Assembly (NCBI RefSeq): GCF_964204645.1
Contig: NC_134027.1
Coordinates: 26,250,560 to 26,314,559 of the forward strand
DNA from: Tubulanus polymorphus
Lineage: Eukaryota; Animalia; Nemertea
Length of the DNA stretch: 64,000 nucleotides
Direction: 5' to 3'
Of the stretch, positions 40,833-53,450 are shown piece after piece. Under the pieces are notes generated by a model, which was given only the letters and a program-made list of their open reading frames with translations, made no database searches and had not been told where the DNA came from. Numbering within the stretch: position 1 is the first letter of the stretch; each line of letters starts with the position of its first letter. A program made the position numbers and the translations under genes.

Positions 40833-42814
40833 TGTGGAGGATATCAGTGTTGAGTTCGAAGAGACCCGGCGCGCGCAATATGGCGGCTGTTCTAACTCTT
40901 CGCCGTACGGTAGACTTTCCTATCGATACTCCACTCGATTTTCACATCGAAAAAAGTTTCCTCATTTCTATATTCGTGAAGAAGTGGAAACGTCTTTTCT
41001 TCTTTCCGACGTTTGAAATTTTCTGGCAGCTTATTCAACACTTTCAACTAATTTCCCTCGCTTATAACGAGCCCGTCGTCTTCACCCTTTAAAAAGCGCC
41101 ATTATCGTCGCAGTTTTAATCATCTACGGCAGTTCACTTCTCGTTACATGTGAATCACAAATGTCAGAAGTGTCTGATTCTTCTGTGAAGATAACAGAAA
41201 ATATAATCTTTCGTTGACACTTCGGCGTCCGTGTTTCTTCCGGTTTCAAATATCACCAGTAAAAATGTCATAATGCTATATTTCCTCATAAGTAAAACGG
41301 CTATAGATAGTACAGTACTTTACATACATAAATTATCATAGCAGTTTGGCTGCATAAACCGTTCGATGAGCAAAGACAAAGCTGTTTTTTTTTTGTTACT
41401 TGAGGCGCGTAGAAACAATTTCATAAAAAACTCACTATAAACAAATAAACAAATCTAAAAATGATCTAGATGGTGTCAAACGACACTGGCCCGCATATTT
41501 GGCACCGGTGTGAACGGTTAGCCCGGGCCATAAACGCACGTGCGATCGCGGCTAAAGATTAACACGATGTAAGACACGGAGATTCGGTCTTTCGCACAAA
41601 TCAGCCGCTTGCCCATTCAGACTGGTTGGAAAAATGAACTCGAAACGAAATGTCCTAAACAAAAAATCAAACCCCCTGTTTCGCTCTCGGTAGGTTTGGT
41701 AGGTTTGGTAGGTTTGTGGAGGGCACTAATCAAATAAAAATTTATCAATCCCTCAGATAAACAAGAGGGAAATTTAAGTTCCTATTTTTAAGATAAAAAA
41801 ACCATCTTCAAGCGCGTCAGGAGGAAGACAGCTTGTAACGAGTGTGTGTGCGTACAGATGTATGCCCGCGCGTCACCCGCTGCATCAGGTGGATCTGAAG
41901 CATCAGATGATAGTCTCGATGCATCTATCGACATCTTTCCAGCATCATTATCGTTGCAGCAGCGCAGCATCAGTTCGCTCATCCGGATGAAACGGCAGTC
42001 ATCCGGAAAATTGCAAATCTCACGAAAAAAATGCGGAAAATGAATCTCGGCTCGGAATCGGTGCTGAGAGATTCATTAAATGAGTTGCCCATCTTTTTAT
42101 AGGGTCATTTTATTGCATATACACAATATACTTATATTTTGGGGGTGTCATGTGAGTTTAATGAGTCTTAATATGCATCCAAAGAGTTGGGATTTCAAAA
42201 AAATTCTTCGAAAGTTAGTGTGGTCTGAAAATTAAGATGCATTTTCATACTATCTGAGGGTTTTTGAAGTCAAAATCTCTTCGTTTGCATATTTCAATTA
42301 ACATATTTGTTTTGCTACCGGTGATTCTATCAAAAAGGCAGTCAGGGGCGGGTTCGAACCCTCTCGGTTGATCTGCTTACTATGCGTTTAACGAACCAAC
42401 GGCTCCTGATTTCGAATTCACAGAACATATCGATTCGTAGAAATGTGAAATCAGAGAATTTAATGATCACACAACGAATTCATTTAAATATAGAAGATAA
42501 TTCGCATCTAGAAGACGACTAATACGACGATAGTTTGGAATGTCGTCAGCTCAGTCGGCCAGCGGTGCTGGTGTTCATGAGATGATTGATCAACGTTCAC
42601 GGAATTCGCTTATTAAAATCCATTTCTCAAACACTGCAAGACGACACGACCGCCAGTTCTGAGTTGACGCAAGGCGCAATTTCAAATTCTCGTTTCTAAT
42701 GACTTACACTTCAAATTTGTCAAACGCGCTGGAAAAATATGGCTTCGTCTCCCAGAAGTGATATAAGGATAAGGATAACAAGATAACGTTATATATATAA
42801 AGATAACAAGACGA

Positions 42815-42930
42815 TAGCCATTGATGGAACACTCTGAGTCCGTGTTGTGGCAATAATATAGAAAGATATAGAGTCCGAAAAGGTTAATGATTTATTTTTT
42901 GACTATATCCTAATAGTCGAGTCCAGGAAC
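42815..42930 (-). mobile_element. Decayed copy of the same PLE repeat, hammerhead core destroyed
   Basis: Minus strand: TTCCTGGACTCGACTATTAGGATATAGTCAAAA...TTTCGGACTC...CAACACGGACTCAGAGTGTTCCATCAATGG. The tail matches 5972-6000. Confidence 0.6.
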
Positions 42931-43615
42931 TGATCATCAACATCATTGCTATCATAAACTGAGAGAACTTTTTTGTATTATTTTTTCCATTCCGCGCACG
43001 GTATATTCTACAATATTAACGAAACCAGATTCACGTACGCCCGAAGTCTCTGCAGAGAATGTATCTGTTTTTGCACGCGTGAACCCGTGAAATCGTTATT
43101 TCAGTAGTAATAATTAGGGGTTCTATATACGCTAGGTGCATTAGTGTCTTATACCTTACTGTGAAGGATCTGAGCCAAGTGTTGGATATATCTGCGGTTT
43201 GACTACCCGGCTTTACCACGGGAAACCCGACTTCGCATCCGGACAAGGCCATTATCTGTCATTATCTTACAAATTCTTTATTCTTAATCCATTTCACAAT
43301 GTTACTGCTAAATTAACTGGTAAAATGCAGTTAATTTCGGTGATCAGTTTGTCTACGGTTCACAGTGTTGAAGTTTATTTTCAGCTCTACGCGTTTAAAA
43401 TCTCCGAGGAGAATGATGAGATGTAAGTTCAAAGCAAGAATGAAGTAGTTGACTTTGATCGTTATTTCACAGGTGATTTCTGAGACAAGATCTTAGACTA
43501 TTTTTTCCGAGCATAGTAAGTCTCCCGTGGATGTTACAACAACGGTAAAATGTCTAAAACCGAAAGCGAAAGAAGTCATTTGAATAGACGACAAATTCTA
43601 TACTTGGATAGAAAT

Positions 43616-43902
43616 TTCTGGATTCACGATGAGACGATAAGATACACGATATCCGTGTAAGAAGATAACAAGAGAAATCCCACAATAAGTTCAGCCAAAA
43701 CGAGAAACTTGAATAGAAGAGTTATATATATTTGCGCAACGTTTCGGCTAAAGACTATTAGCCATCATCAGGCGTGAAGGCTCTCGCCTGATGATGGCTA
43801 ATAGTCTTTAGCCGAAACGTTGCGCAAATATATATAACTCTTCTATTCAAGTTTCTCGTTTTGGCTGAACTTATTGTGGGATTTCTCTTGTTCTGGATTC
43901 AC
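43616..43902. mobile_element. Young Penelope-like fold-back insertion: perfect 108-bp inverted repeat (43667-43774 / 43785-43892, 10-nt loop) with a 12-bp TSD
   Basis: The arms read as exact reverse complements. Direct repeat TTCTGGATTCAC at 43616-43627 and 43891-43902. The roughly 40-nt tail on the left resembles the tail of the 5.7-kb copy. Confidence 0.8.
43785..43824 (+). ncRNA. Minimal hammerhead ribozyme motif (identical mirror copy on the minus strand at 43735-43774)
   Basis: CGC-CTGATGA-T-GGCTA(atagtctt)TAGCC-GAAACGTT-GCG: helix I CGC/GCG, helix II GGCTA/TAGCC, intact core. Confidence 0.75.
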
Positions 43903-44181
43903 TTGTAAGCAAAGCCCGGCGAACACAGCGCAGATAAACACAGAAACATGGAAGCAAACATGTTTGATCTGGGGAAACTTCGTTCCCGAATTTATACCAT
44001 GTTTCTCATTTCTTCTTGTGCGTTGGGCATTACAATTAACTTAGAGTTAAAATCAGTTCATTTCTAATGAGATAACTGTGAGCCCAAACCTTATTCAAAA
44101 ATGTGGAACTAACTGAGCTCTTATATAGCTCACCGTGCACTAGAGAAACCAAGTCAACGATCATGATCTTCAGACAAATTA

Positions 44182-44183
<2 letters not shown>

Positions 44184-44220
<37 letters not shown>

Positions 44221-44230
44221 TATGTATGTA
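44184..44230. repeat. (TA)n microsatellite
   Basis: Directly visible. Confidence 0.95.
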
Positions 44231-45690
44231 TAAAGTCGGCAGATTTTTTGGTGCTTTGATGGGGAAAATGAGTGCCGGCGATATTTGCTTTATGTCTGTA
44301 CATTGACAACATCTTACCGCAGACACTCGGTAAAGATCATACAGGAGACATATATGTACACATTATGGATAACGCTGTGGGCAATATCAACATCATCAAA
44401 GTTTAAGCCGCTGCTCTCAGAGGTGGAAGGGAGAGGGAGAGAGAGAGAGAGGAGTCTCACAAAAAATAGGCTTTCACCTTGCGACAGTCTAATACCGCGC
44501 AATGCGATAAACACGTATGATGATATTTTGATAGATTTACCGCCGACACTTATCCCAGCTCGATTAAACTTATCGATCTATCAGATACAATGCTAGGTGT
44601 GACCAAGAAACCGAGATAAATTCGTAAATCGTAAACCTTAACACAAAAATTCTAAGTACCTAATTGATAATATTCTAAGTGTCGTACATATAGATACAGA
44701 GTTTTGTATATAAATAAAACGGTTTTCGACAAACAAACAAAATTCGCAAAAACGCATTTTTCAATTGACTTCTACTTTAAGCCATAAACACTGATGACGC
44801 TTTACTATATTTATGTAATATTCGTAAACTGTTATCATCGCCTCGGGCTGGAATTTTACATACAGTTCAAATCGGTATGATCGTAATAACACAGAAAGAT
44901 GTACAAAGGACATTGCGGAATTATATAGAAAAATAGACAGCTTTAAAGCCATTGATATCCAATATTCAACAGACAAGAAAACGTCGCCACACCTTTCTGT
45001 AATGCAAATTGTTTCTAGTTTCAAAGGGGTAAACTTTAGTAAGGATTCAAGTACCAGGCGAAGCGTTAATAAAAATAAAAAATCAAAATACACCATTGTA
45101 TACAGAGGTTTAAAATACGATCCAAGTGATATCAGTGTACTAATCGATATTCAATGATTGAGAGTCAAATGGTTAAAACTTTTGATTTCTGTACCATGTG
45201 ACGTGTATTGAAACTGATTGATCGGATAGCTCAAAGACTCCAGGACCCGGCGCAATAAATGTGATGAGTTAAGTTGAGTTAAAACAATGTAATTGGACTC
45301 ATCTTAGCGGTAAAAACGGGTCCAGTATTCCACATTTCGACTGCTCTAGTTGAGTCTATAATAAAAGTACAACATTTAGAGCGAATTATCAGCAATCGAA
45401 CGGACATAGGTCCATTTTCTGCAAGTTTTTTCCACTATATACGTGGAAGTCGCGTGCTTGGAAAATAGCTTTGATTTAGCAAAGGAAGAAGACAGTCTCA
45501 ACAGTATTCGCCGAGACGCAATATTCTCCTCGTGAATTATGGCGTTGTGATACAAGCAGTCGGTTTAACACAACTGTTCATTATGAAACACGAAGATTTC
45601 AAATCCAGGTTTGTTTGTCGCTTATAGATTTTTCCTCATGTTATATAATATTCTGTCATGCAACGTATTGATGTTCTGCAGTCACGTTTG

Positions 45691-45727
45691 ACATTAGAAT
45701 TATGAATTAGAAAAAAATCAGCCTTTC

Positions 45728-45824
<97 letters not shown>

Positions 45825-45867
45825 ATAATGAAAGGCTGATTTTTTTTCTAATTCATAATTCTAATGT
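45691..45867. repeat. Inverted repeat (arms of about 44 bp) enclosing a (TA)n tract; the whole stretch is palindromic
   Basis: ACATTAGAATTATGAATTAGAAAAAAATCAGCCTTTCATTATAA-(TA)n-GTTATAATGAAAGGCTGATTTTTTTTCTAATTCATAATTCTAATGT. Confidence 0.9.
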
Positions 45868-46042
45868 GATGACAAAATTGATGCGGAGATATATTGCGCA
45901 GGTCAGCAAAAAATATCCAAGCGACATCGACACCAACTCATCAATACAGAGAGGAGTGGGAGAGAAGGTGTAAACATCACGACAAATACGTTTACTAATA
46001 CAGATTCATCGGATATACCTCTCATAGCTAAAAGTCTCATTC

Positions 46043-46083
46043 ACCTGATGAAGCACTATTCGTTATTAGCAGCGAAAGCTCGT
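46043..46083 (+). ncRNA. Minimal hammerhead-like motif from a different PLE subfamily
   Basis: AC-CTGATGA-A-GC...GC-GAAAGCTC-GT: intact core, palindromic AGCU helix III, CUC triplet, short helices I and II. Confidence 0.5.
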
Positions 46084-46668
46084 TCTTCGCATAAACTAGT
46101 AAACCTATAAAGTACTATCCATCTCGATTTACTTTTTATGCAAGAAAACACGGAAAATCACGACAGACGACAGAACTGGAGAGTGTTTAGTGAAATTCTA
46201 ATCTCGCTTCAGGCTGGATGGAAGATTGAAGACACGAATTGGAACCAATTAATTCACCTCGATTGAGAAACAAAAATGCTGTAAATTCGACCGATCACCC
46301 GACTATTACAAAATCAAACTGTTTCGTTCCCGACAGGTGTGGTGGGTTTGAGATATCTATCTTAACCCCAATCTTCAGAGAACAAATTATGAATGCCGTC
46401 TTTAAGAAACAGATGATGATACGAAGGAAATGTTATGTACAGTAATTAAGGATGTACCCTAGTTTCTGTTACAGAGAATTCTGATCCAGCCGGCAGAATT
46501 CATAAACGAACTTCTGTTTGCTTCACCAAGATTTACAACTAAAAACAACTTCCGAAGTTAGTTATTTCGAAATCCCGAATGATTCGACGACGGAAATGAA
46601 TTTCAAACCGACAAAAAAAACTTCGAAACTGAGAGTCTACGGGGAGACGAGACAATGATTAAACTCAC

Positions 46669-46722
46669 CTGAAGACGTGTCAAATCTACAGCTATAGATG
46701 TGCACGGCGATTGAGCGCTCAT
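46669..46722 (-). CDS. Candidate alternative first coding exon (MSAQSPCTSIAVDLTRLQ)
   Basis: Consensus donor CAG|gtgagt in phase 0. GCGATG start with an in-frame TAA upstream. Preceded on the minus strand by about 700 nt of GC/CpG-richer, UTR-like sequence. Confidence 0.4.
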
Positions 46723-46932
46723 CGCGTACTGAGTCTGCGCTCCTTACAGTCAGGCTGCTTGTCGTCGCTAGCGTCTCCCGGATAGATAATCACATGATCT
46801 TCACGGCGCGCAACCACCTGTCGTTCAGCCTTGAACTAGCGCCATTAGCGTTCGACGAGGATTGGATGAGAATTTAAAAATGTCTTGCGCAATCGCTGGC
46901 GTCGTCGTCGATCTGTCAACTCCCTCTCTCGC

Positions 46933-46970
<38 letters not shown>

Positions 46971-47504
46971 CCCAGACGACTGACTGTTTAATTCGCGTTC
47001 GTTCACAGAAATGAAATGGAAAACTGTTCTGTGAACTGCGGGTTCAGCTCAGGCGACAACGATTTACACACGCGATCAAACTTCACCCGGCAACAAGATA
47101 TATAGACTTTTTTTTAATCGAACCTCGCCACCACGGCAGCAGCAGCAGCAGCAGCAGCATCAGCAGCCGTCGCGCTCGGTGATTGCTGCCGCATCATCGA
47201 TGTCTCTAAGTTTTGCAGCATTAAATCGTCATCGTCGGTGATGCAAGCATCCTCGCTTAGTTTGTATGTTGCTATGGTTACGTGCTGTTGGCTATCTGTA
47301 GTAGTTTAAGTCAGGTGGGTGAGATGTGGTGCGATATCGGGGGCTGTAAGACACCACTACCACACTCCGAGTCGTCGAGTGCCGAGTCGTCGAGCGACGG
47401 ACGACGGAATAGCGTCAACTGATATTAATAAAATTATTCAGTAATTAACGCGAACGATGAAGTGAACGGAACAGTGATTAATTAGCACTAGATGAAAGAA
47501 AGGC

Positions 47505-47596
47505 AGAGAGGGAGAGGGAGAGGGAGAGGGAGAGGGAGAGGGAGAGGGAGAGGGAGAGGGAGAGGGAGAGGGAGAGGGAGAGGGAGAGGGAGAGGG
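47505..47596. repeat. (GGGAGA)n microsatellite
   Basis: About 15 perfect units. Confidence 0.98.
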
Positions 47597-49124
47597 TACA
47601 GAGCGCCACGCCTGAGAGTGTAGGAAATGTCTTGTTGATATAACAGATAGAAGTTCGAAATGACAACAATAAACATAAACTGGTAAAAAATGATGAATCA
47701 GGCTGTAGACCTGGAACACAAATTCGTCCGCTGTGATTTGACCATGATTCAATTCGGGAGTAAATCAGTCCAGACTCGTTGAAATGCGCCCAACATCTAG
47801 CCCCCCCCCTCCTATAGAAGTAAAGCCCCCTGAAACACACATCTTCATCGAGATTCTATTCAGATAGATTTCAGCGCTGTAAAATACCCTCGATCACCTC
47901 TTAAAATGACAGGAATAACCGCAACAGAGAACGCAGTAAAAGTACCTATAAAGATATAGTTGAGTGGCTATTGGTATTTGTTTCTTGTACACAGTGGCGT
48001 ATATTTAAAAGCCAGAAGAAAAGGTGCGCTGTAGCTTGTTTTTGCAGCTTGAGGGTGAAGTTGAACAGTAGTCAGCAGTTTCCAGATGTCTGGTTGAATC
48101 ACCACCTCACAAAACACACATGAAATTCACAGGTAGAATACATACAGAACCGTCCGTTACACATCGCATACACCATTCCCAGTATCTCACACAACTTCCT
48201 GTGAGATTTATGAATCCCGACTGGTTTTAACCGGGAAGAATCGACTATACGCGGTACTATATCAACTATAACTTGCGTTTTCACGAGGACGACGTGTAGA
48301 AATTGCGAAGCTGTGCTTCAAATTCAAACCATTTCATTTTGCTTAAAAACCTTAAAAGATGTTGCCCTATTTGCATTGATTTCCACGACACGATACTTAT
48401 CAGATTCAGATCTTTGTGAAGTATCTGAATCAAAATGCAAAGGTTGGTTGGCTTCATTCAGTATATGTGATTATTTGACATCCTGCCCGCCGATGACAAA
48501 GGGAAGCGAAAAAAAATGATTTTTTTTACTTCGTTTTTTCATTTGCTGTAATCAGTATCTCATTACGTCCGATCGTTTTGGAGATAGAAAATTCCAAGAA
48601 GTAAATCCCTCGACATGTCGGGGTTTCCGATGACAAACACAAGAAACAGGTGAAATAACCGCAGAAGAGAACGCGTTTTATACGTATTGGAAAAAGTTCT
48701 GTTTTTGCTAAGATAGATTGCTTTGAGACAAGATGAGGCCCTCGCGATTGGCGTAACTTTTTGTTCGTTTTCCTCGAAAAAATCGCGCGAACAAAATTAG
48801 TCGATCAGCGAATATTTCAGGCTGTTTTGACTACTGTGTAGTTACAGGTAACTTGCTTCCATTAACCTGTAATCATTTCCTGTTATCTTCTACAAGTTCG
48901 CCATCGCAGCACCAACTTCTATCCAGCTCTAGACTACTTAATGGTCGCCCTCAGTCTACTTACAAGCAACGATTTTCCATCCTTGAGCGATTCTATTGAA
49001 TTCATCGTGTGAATTGCTTCATGCACGGCGGGCAATATTTCTGATTGTGCGAAACCCTTTTTCTACGTGGCGTATTTCCTCTTTTGAGGAAAACCCACAA
49101 ATTGAAGTACAAACCACGAAAGCG

Positions 49125-49745
49125 GCTTTGGAAATGGCTTGTAGAATTGAGTCTAAACGTCACTACTCTCTTAGTTTCAAATTGTCTCAAAGAATTGAGT
49201 CTAAACATCATTAACTCTCTTAGTTTTGATAATAGCTCATAGAATTGAGTCAAAACGTCACTGACCTCTTAGTTTTTGAAAACGGCTCATAGAATTGAGT
49301 CTAAACGTCACTAACCTCTTAGTTTTTGAAAACGGCTCATAGAATTGAGTCTAAACGTCACTAACCTCTTAGTTTTTGAAAACGGCTCATAGAATTGAGT
49401 CTAAACGTCACTGACCTCTTAGTTTTTGAAAACGGCTCATAGAATTGAGTCTAAACGTCACTAACCTCTTAGTTTTTGAAAACGGCTCATAGAATTGAGT
49501 CTAAACGTCACTAACCTCTTAGTTTTTGAAAACGGCTCATAGAATTGAGTCTAAACGTCACTAACCTCTTAGTTTTGAAAACGGCTCATAGAATTGAGTC
49601 TAAACGTCACTAACCTCTTAGTTTTTGAAAACGGCTCATAGAATTGAGTCTAAACGTCACTACTCTCTTAGTTTTGAAAATGGCTCATAGAATTGAGTCT
49701 AAACGACTCTCTTAGTTTTTGAAAATGGCTCATAGAATTGAGTAG
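49125..49745. repeat. Minisatellite, 50-bp unit, about 12 copies
   Basis: Unit AGAATTGAGTCTAAACGTCACTAACCTCTTAGTTTTTGAAAACGGCTCAT; homogeneous centre, degenerate edges. Confidence 0.95.
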
Positions 49746-50574
49746 AAACTTCAAATACTCTCTCATTATTTTCTTCAATTGAATTAGACTTGTTTGTGGA
49801 AACCAAAATTACGTATTTCTGTTATTGACCAAACTCAGTTCCCACACATGCCACGTTTCATTTATTCAATTAAAATATTGCCATTAAAATCGATACCGAT
49901 AAAATACGTTGAATAAATGCGCAGTTAACACAGTGTAAACTGTAGATTTATTGGTAAAACGAAAGAAAATCAAGAAATTCGATATATCAAACGTGAGCTG
50001 GGTTATATTTAATCAGGCGAACAAAACCGTTTCGCGGGTAGTCACCGATCGAAAATAGGTAAACAGTCAATGACAATTAATATCCGTTAATGAATTTATT
50101 CAAGAAAGCCGCGATGAGCAACAGCTGTGGTAACGAGTCAATATTTACATTGAGAGATTTGCGAACAGACTAGAAGAAGTCGACGCTGTTGTTTACGAGG
50201 TATTGACAACGATGTTATTGTACCGTCCGGCGAACAAGCGACGGATGGCAACTTGGATTAATCTGAAGTACCTCGACATTTCATGTTACAGATTGCTCGG
50301 ATGGTTTTGAAAATATTTGCCCGGTTTTACGAGCATGAGGGTGAATTGTCTAGCGAATTTGTAAATATTAACAAGTATCCCTCAAGTATAGGATGTGCAT
50401 ACAACCTTGTATCCTATTTTCGAATCCAAAGGTCACGACGCAGAGCGCATGGGCGAGTTGTGACGACTCGAGTCCAAAAATGATCATAATTCTAATCACC
50501 TTAAGTCTAGGTTCTTAGAATCAAGGGCCCGTTCCAGCCGAGACTTAAGTTGAAAAGTCGTCTTAAATCAAAAG

Positions 50575-50765
50575 TCTGGTCTGAAGTTGTTAGATTGGCT
50601 ATAGAACCAAAATGAGCTTAGACTGGTCTTAAGTTGTTAGATTGGATATAGAACCAAAATAAGCTTAGACTGGTCTTAAGTTGTTAGATTGGATATAGAA
50701 CCAAAATGAGCTTAGACTGGTCTTAAGTTGTTAGATCGCTATAGAACTAAGATGGTCTATGACTA
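50575..50765. repeat. Tandem repeat, 47-bp unit, about 4 copies, inside a MITE-family copy
   Basis: Unit TAAGTTGTTAGATTGGCTATAGAACCAAAATGAGCTTAGACTGGTCT. Confidence 0.85.
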
Positions 50766-51252
50766 GACTATGGAACACGCCCAAGATGGTTTTAGACTGG
50801 CTTTAACTGTGCAATTGATGGACCCCGTATTACGTCTATTTAAGCATATTCCAAGCTAAGTGTCTATAATAATATCTAGCAAAAATCCGCTATAAAATCC
50901 CTGACAAATTAGAGGAATAATAAAATAGAATCGCACAACCATCAAACCGGTCGTAAATATGTCTCCGAGGCATCGTGAAATCGAACGCTCGGTGATATGT
51001 CTGCTGTATGTAAGCGTAAACTCGTGTCAAACCAATTTAACAATCTCCAATTACGAGTAATTGAAGTTTGCTATATAAAATAACTCGTAGATACCGCGAA
51101 TAATCCCCCGGCGCAGCTAGAATCACCGAGAAACCCGCGACGGAATGAACTAAGTCGCAGATCCGTATCACCAGAAATGCAATTACGCGGTTTTAACCGG
51201 AATCGTCAAACGACACAGAGAGTTGTAATCCAGAGACAGTCTACTGACTCTG

Positions 51253-51677
51253 AGAGGGCACACATACCGTGTGCGGCGTGACTGCGAGGGCACACGTACA
51301 CCGCACACATCCCGTGCTGCGGTGTGACTGCGAGGGCACACATACCGCACACATCCCGTGCTGCGATGTGACTGCGAGGGCACACTTCACGCACACATCC
51401 CGTGCTGCGGTGTGACTGCGAGGGCACACTTCACGCACATCCCGTGCTGCGATGTGACTGCGAGGGCACACGTACCGCACACATCCCGTGCTGCGGTGTG
51501 ACTGCGAGGGCACACTTCACGCACACATCCCGTGCTGCGGTGTGACTGCGAGGGCACACTTCACGCACACATCCCGTGCTGTGATGTGACTGCGAGGGCA
51601 CACTTCACGCACACGTCTCGTGCTGCGGTGTGACTGCGAGGACACACTTCACGCACACATCCCGTGCTGCGATGTGA
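51253..51677. repeat. GC-rich minisatellite, 44-bp unit, about 9.5 copies
   Basis: ACTGCGAGG recurs at 51281, 51327, 51371, 51415, 51457, 51501, 51545, 51589 and 51633. Confidence 0.95.
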
Positions 51678-52185
51678 ACGAAATATTCATATTTTTCGCT
51701 TGTTGATTATTATTCTTATGTAAGATTGTCAACCTCGCTCAGCGGTCGCCAGTAGCTCGCAAGGCTTAGCGATGTAAAACAATCTCGGTCTGTGGTTCAT
51801 AGCCAATCTAACGAGTATACACCAGTCTTAGAGACTAAACGCCAGTTATGATTTATGACCTACATCGTCATGCCTGTGCAAATATGGCAAAAACAACTGT
51901 CAATTTCATGTTCGGTCACCACGGTTTCGGACCTAAAATCACGACGAATAACCCGAGTACTACATCCTCTCCTCTGCGATCATCCCCAGAATACTTAGTT
52001 ATACCACAGACATCTGAGCCTCATCGAACAGAAAAACAATTCCCTGATCGAGATTTGATTGATCTTTAATAGATATGAACATCAATTATAAGCAGCAATC
52101 ATCTCTAATGTAGTCAGCAGCTACATAAATCCGGCCGGCGCACTCGTCTCATCTAGTGTGTCTGTCTGGGCCGCCATGTTTATTA

Positions 52186-52416
<231 letters not shown>

Positions 52417-53420
52417 TATTGACGCTGGGGATCTGTAAACGTGATGTCGATAAACCATCAGATATTAGGTCGTAATTATAAGAAAATAATCAGAGTATTT
52501 GCAGAAAGCAATTATTTCCAGTTTGAAGCTAAATTGCGTCGGCGACTCGGCCGCAATTCGCCGGGTTGCTATTCGCGATAGATTGACGACGATATCGATG
52601 GGTTTCCCGTGAGTAGGGACGGGAGGTCAGACACTGGGGGATCGGGGCAGAGTTAGAAAGAATTTCCCGATTTGGCTCTTTGGAAATTTCTATAATGAGC
52701 CATTTAAACCTACGCGATAAGAAGACAATAAATAATTGGTCCATCGCCTTAGAAATGTGTTTTCTTCTTTTAATTCGTAGAATCGTGGAAAAAACCTCGA
52801 TCAAGATATTCCAGCGAACAGGAAGATTAGCCCACGCTTGACATTGAGCAACAACGTTAAGAGAACGTCTCAATATCGGATAACTAGAGTGAGGAGTGTG
52901 AGAACTTATTCTGGGAATTTTTACTAGTGCTTTGTATAAATCTTTCAAACCTACGCGATTGAGATCAGATTCCGCGGGTAGGTGCAGACAACAGTATCAA
53001 CACCCGCTCGGCAACTTAACCCATTGACAAAAATGTGCAGTTAAACCTTAGTGGGCTTTTGTGAAAATGTCTTGAATGATCAGAAAGTGATCTGCTTAAT
53101 CTGTCTGGTTTCGAATTTGCGTGTCGGCATAATCCGGTGTAAGCTGCGGTCCATGTTGTTCATATTGCTGCTGGTAACCCCGGTATGAACTCAGTTTTGG
53201 TAACAGGTGCGCGTGAAACCGCATCAACTTGACTTAAACCGAATTCACAACTAAAGTGGACAACAGCTGATTATCGATTATTGATTATTGATTTTTCATA
53301 AGCATTCACTCTCGTCCGTAGCTCGAATTCAAACCCTTTCAACCTTAAAATCGAAATGCAATTCAATTCCTACCGTACTCGCTTTATACTACATATAGTT
53401 CATCACTGCCAGTCTGCATT

Positions 53421-53450
53421 CACTTACCTACAAAATAGAAATAACAAGAC
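53421..53450 (-). promoter_or_regulatory. Candidate recursive splice site (ratchet point, zero-length exon), junction 53428/53427
   Basis: The minus strand reads GTCTTGTTATTTCTATTTTGTAG|GTAAGTG: a polypyrimidine tract and 3' splice site fused to a perfect 5' splice site, in host-gene sense, inside an intron over 38 kb. Confidence 0.6.

Noticed and set aside
49125-49745. CRISPR-like appearance of regular repeats
   Set aside because: The units are contiguous with no unique spacers, there are no cas genes and the context is eukaryotic. It is a plain minisatellite.
51183-51677. Cys/His-rich ORFs resembling zinc fingers
   Set aside because: They are translations of a 44-bp repeat (not a multiple of 3) that shift frame every unit.
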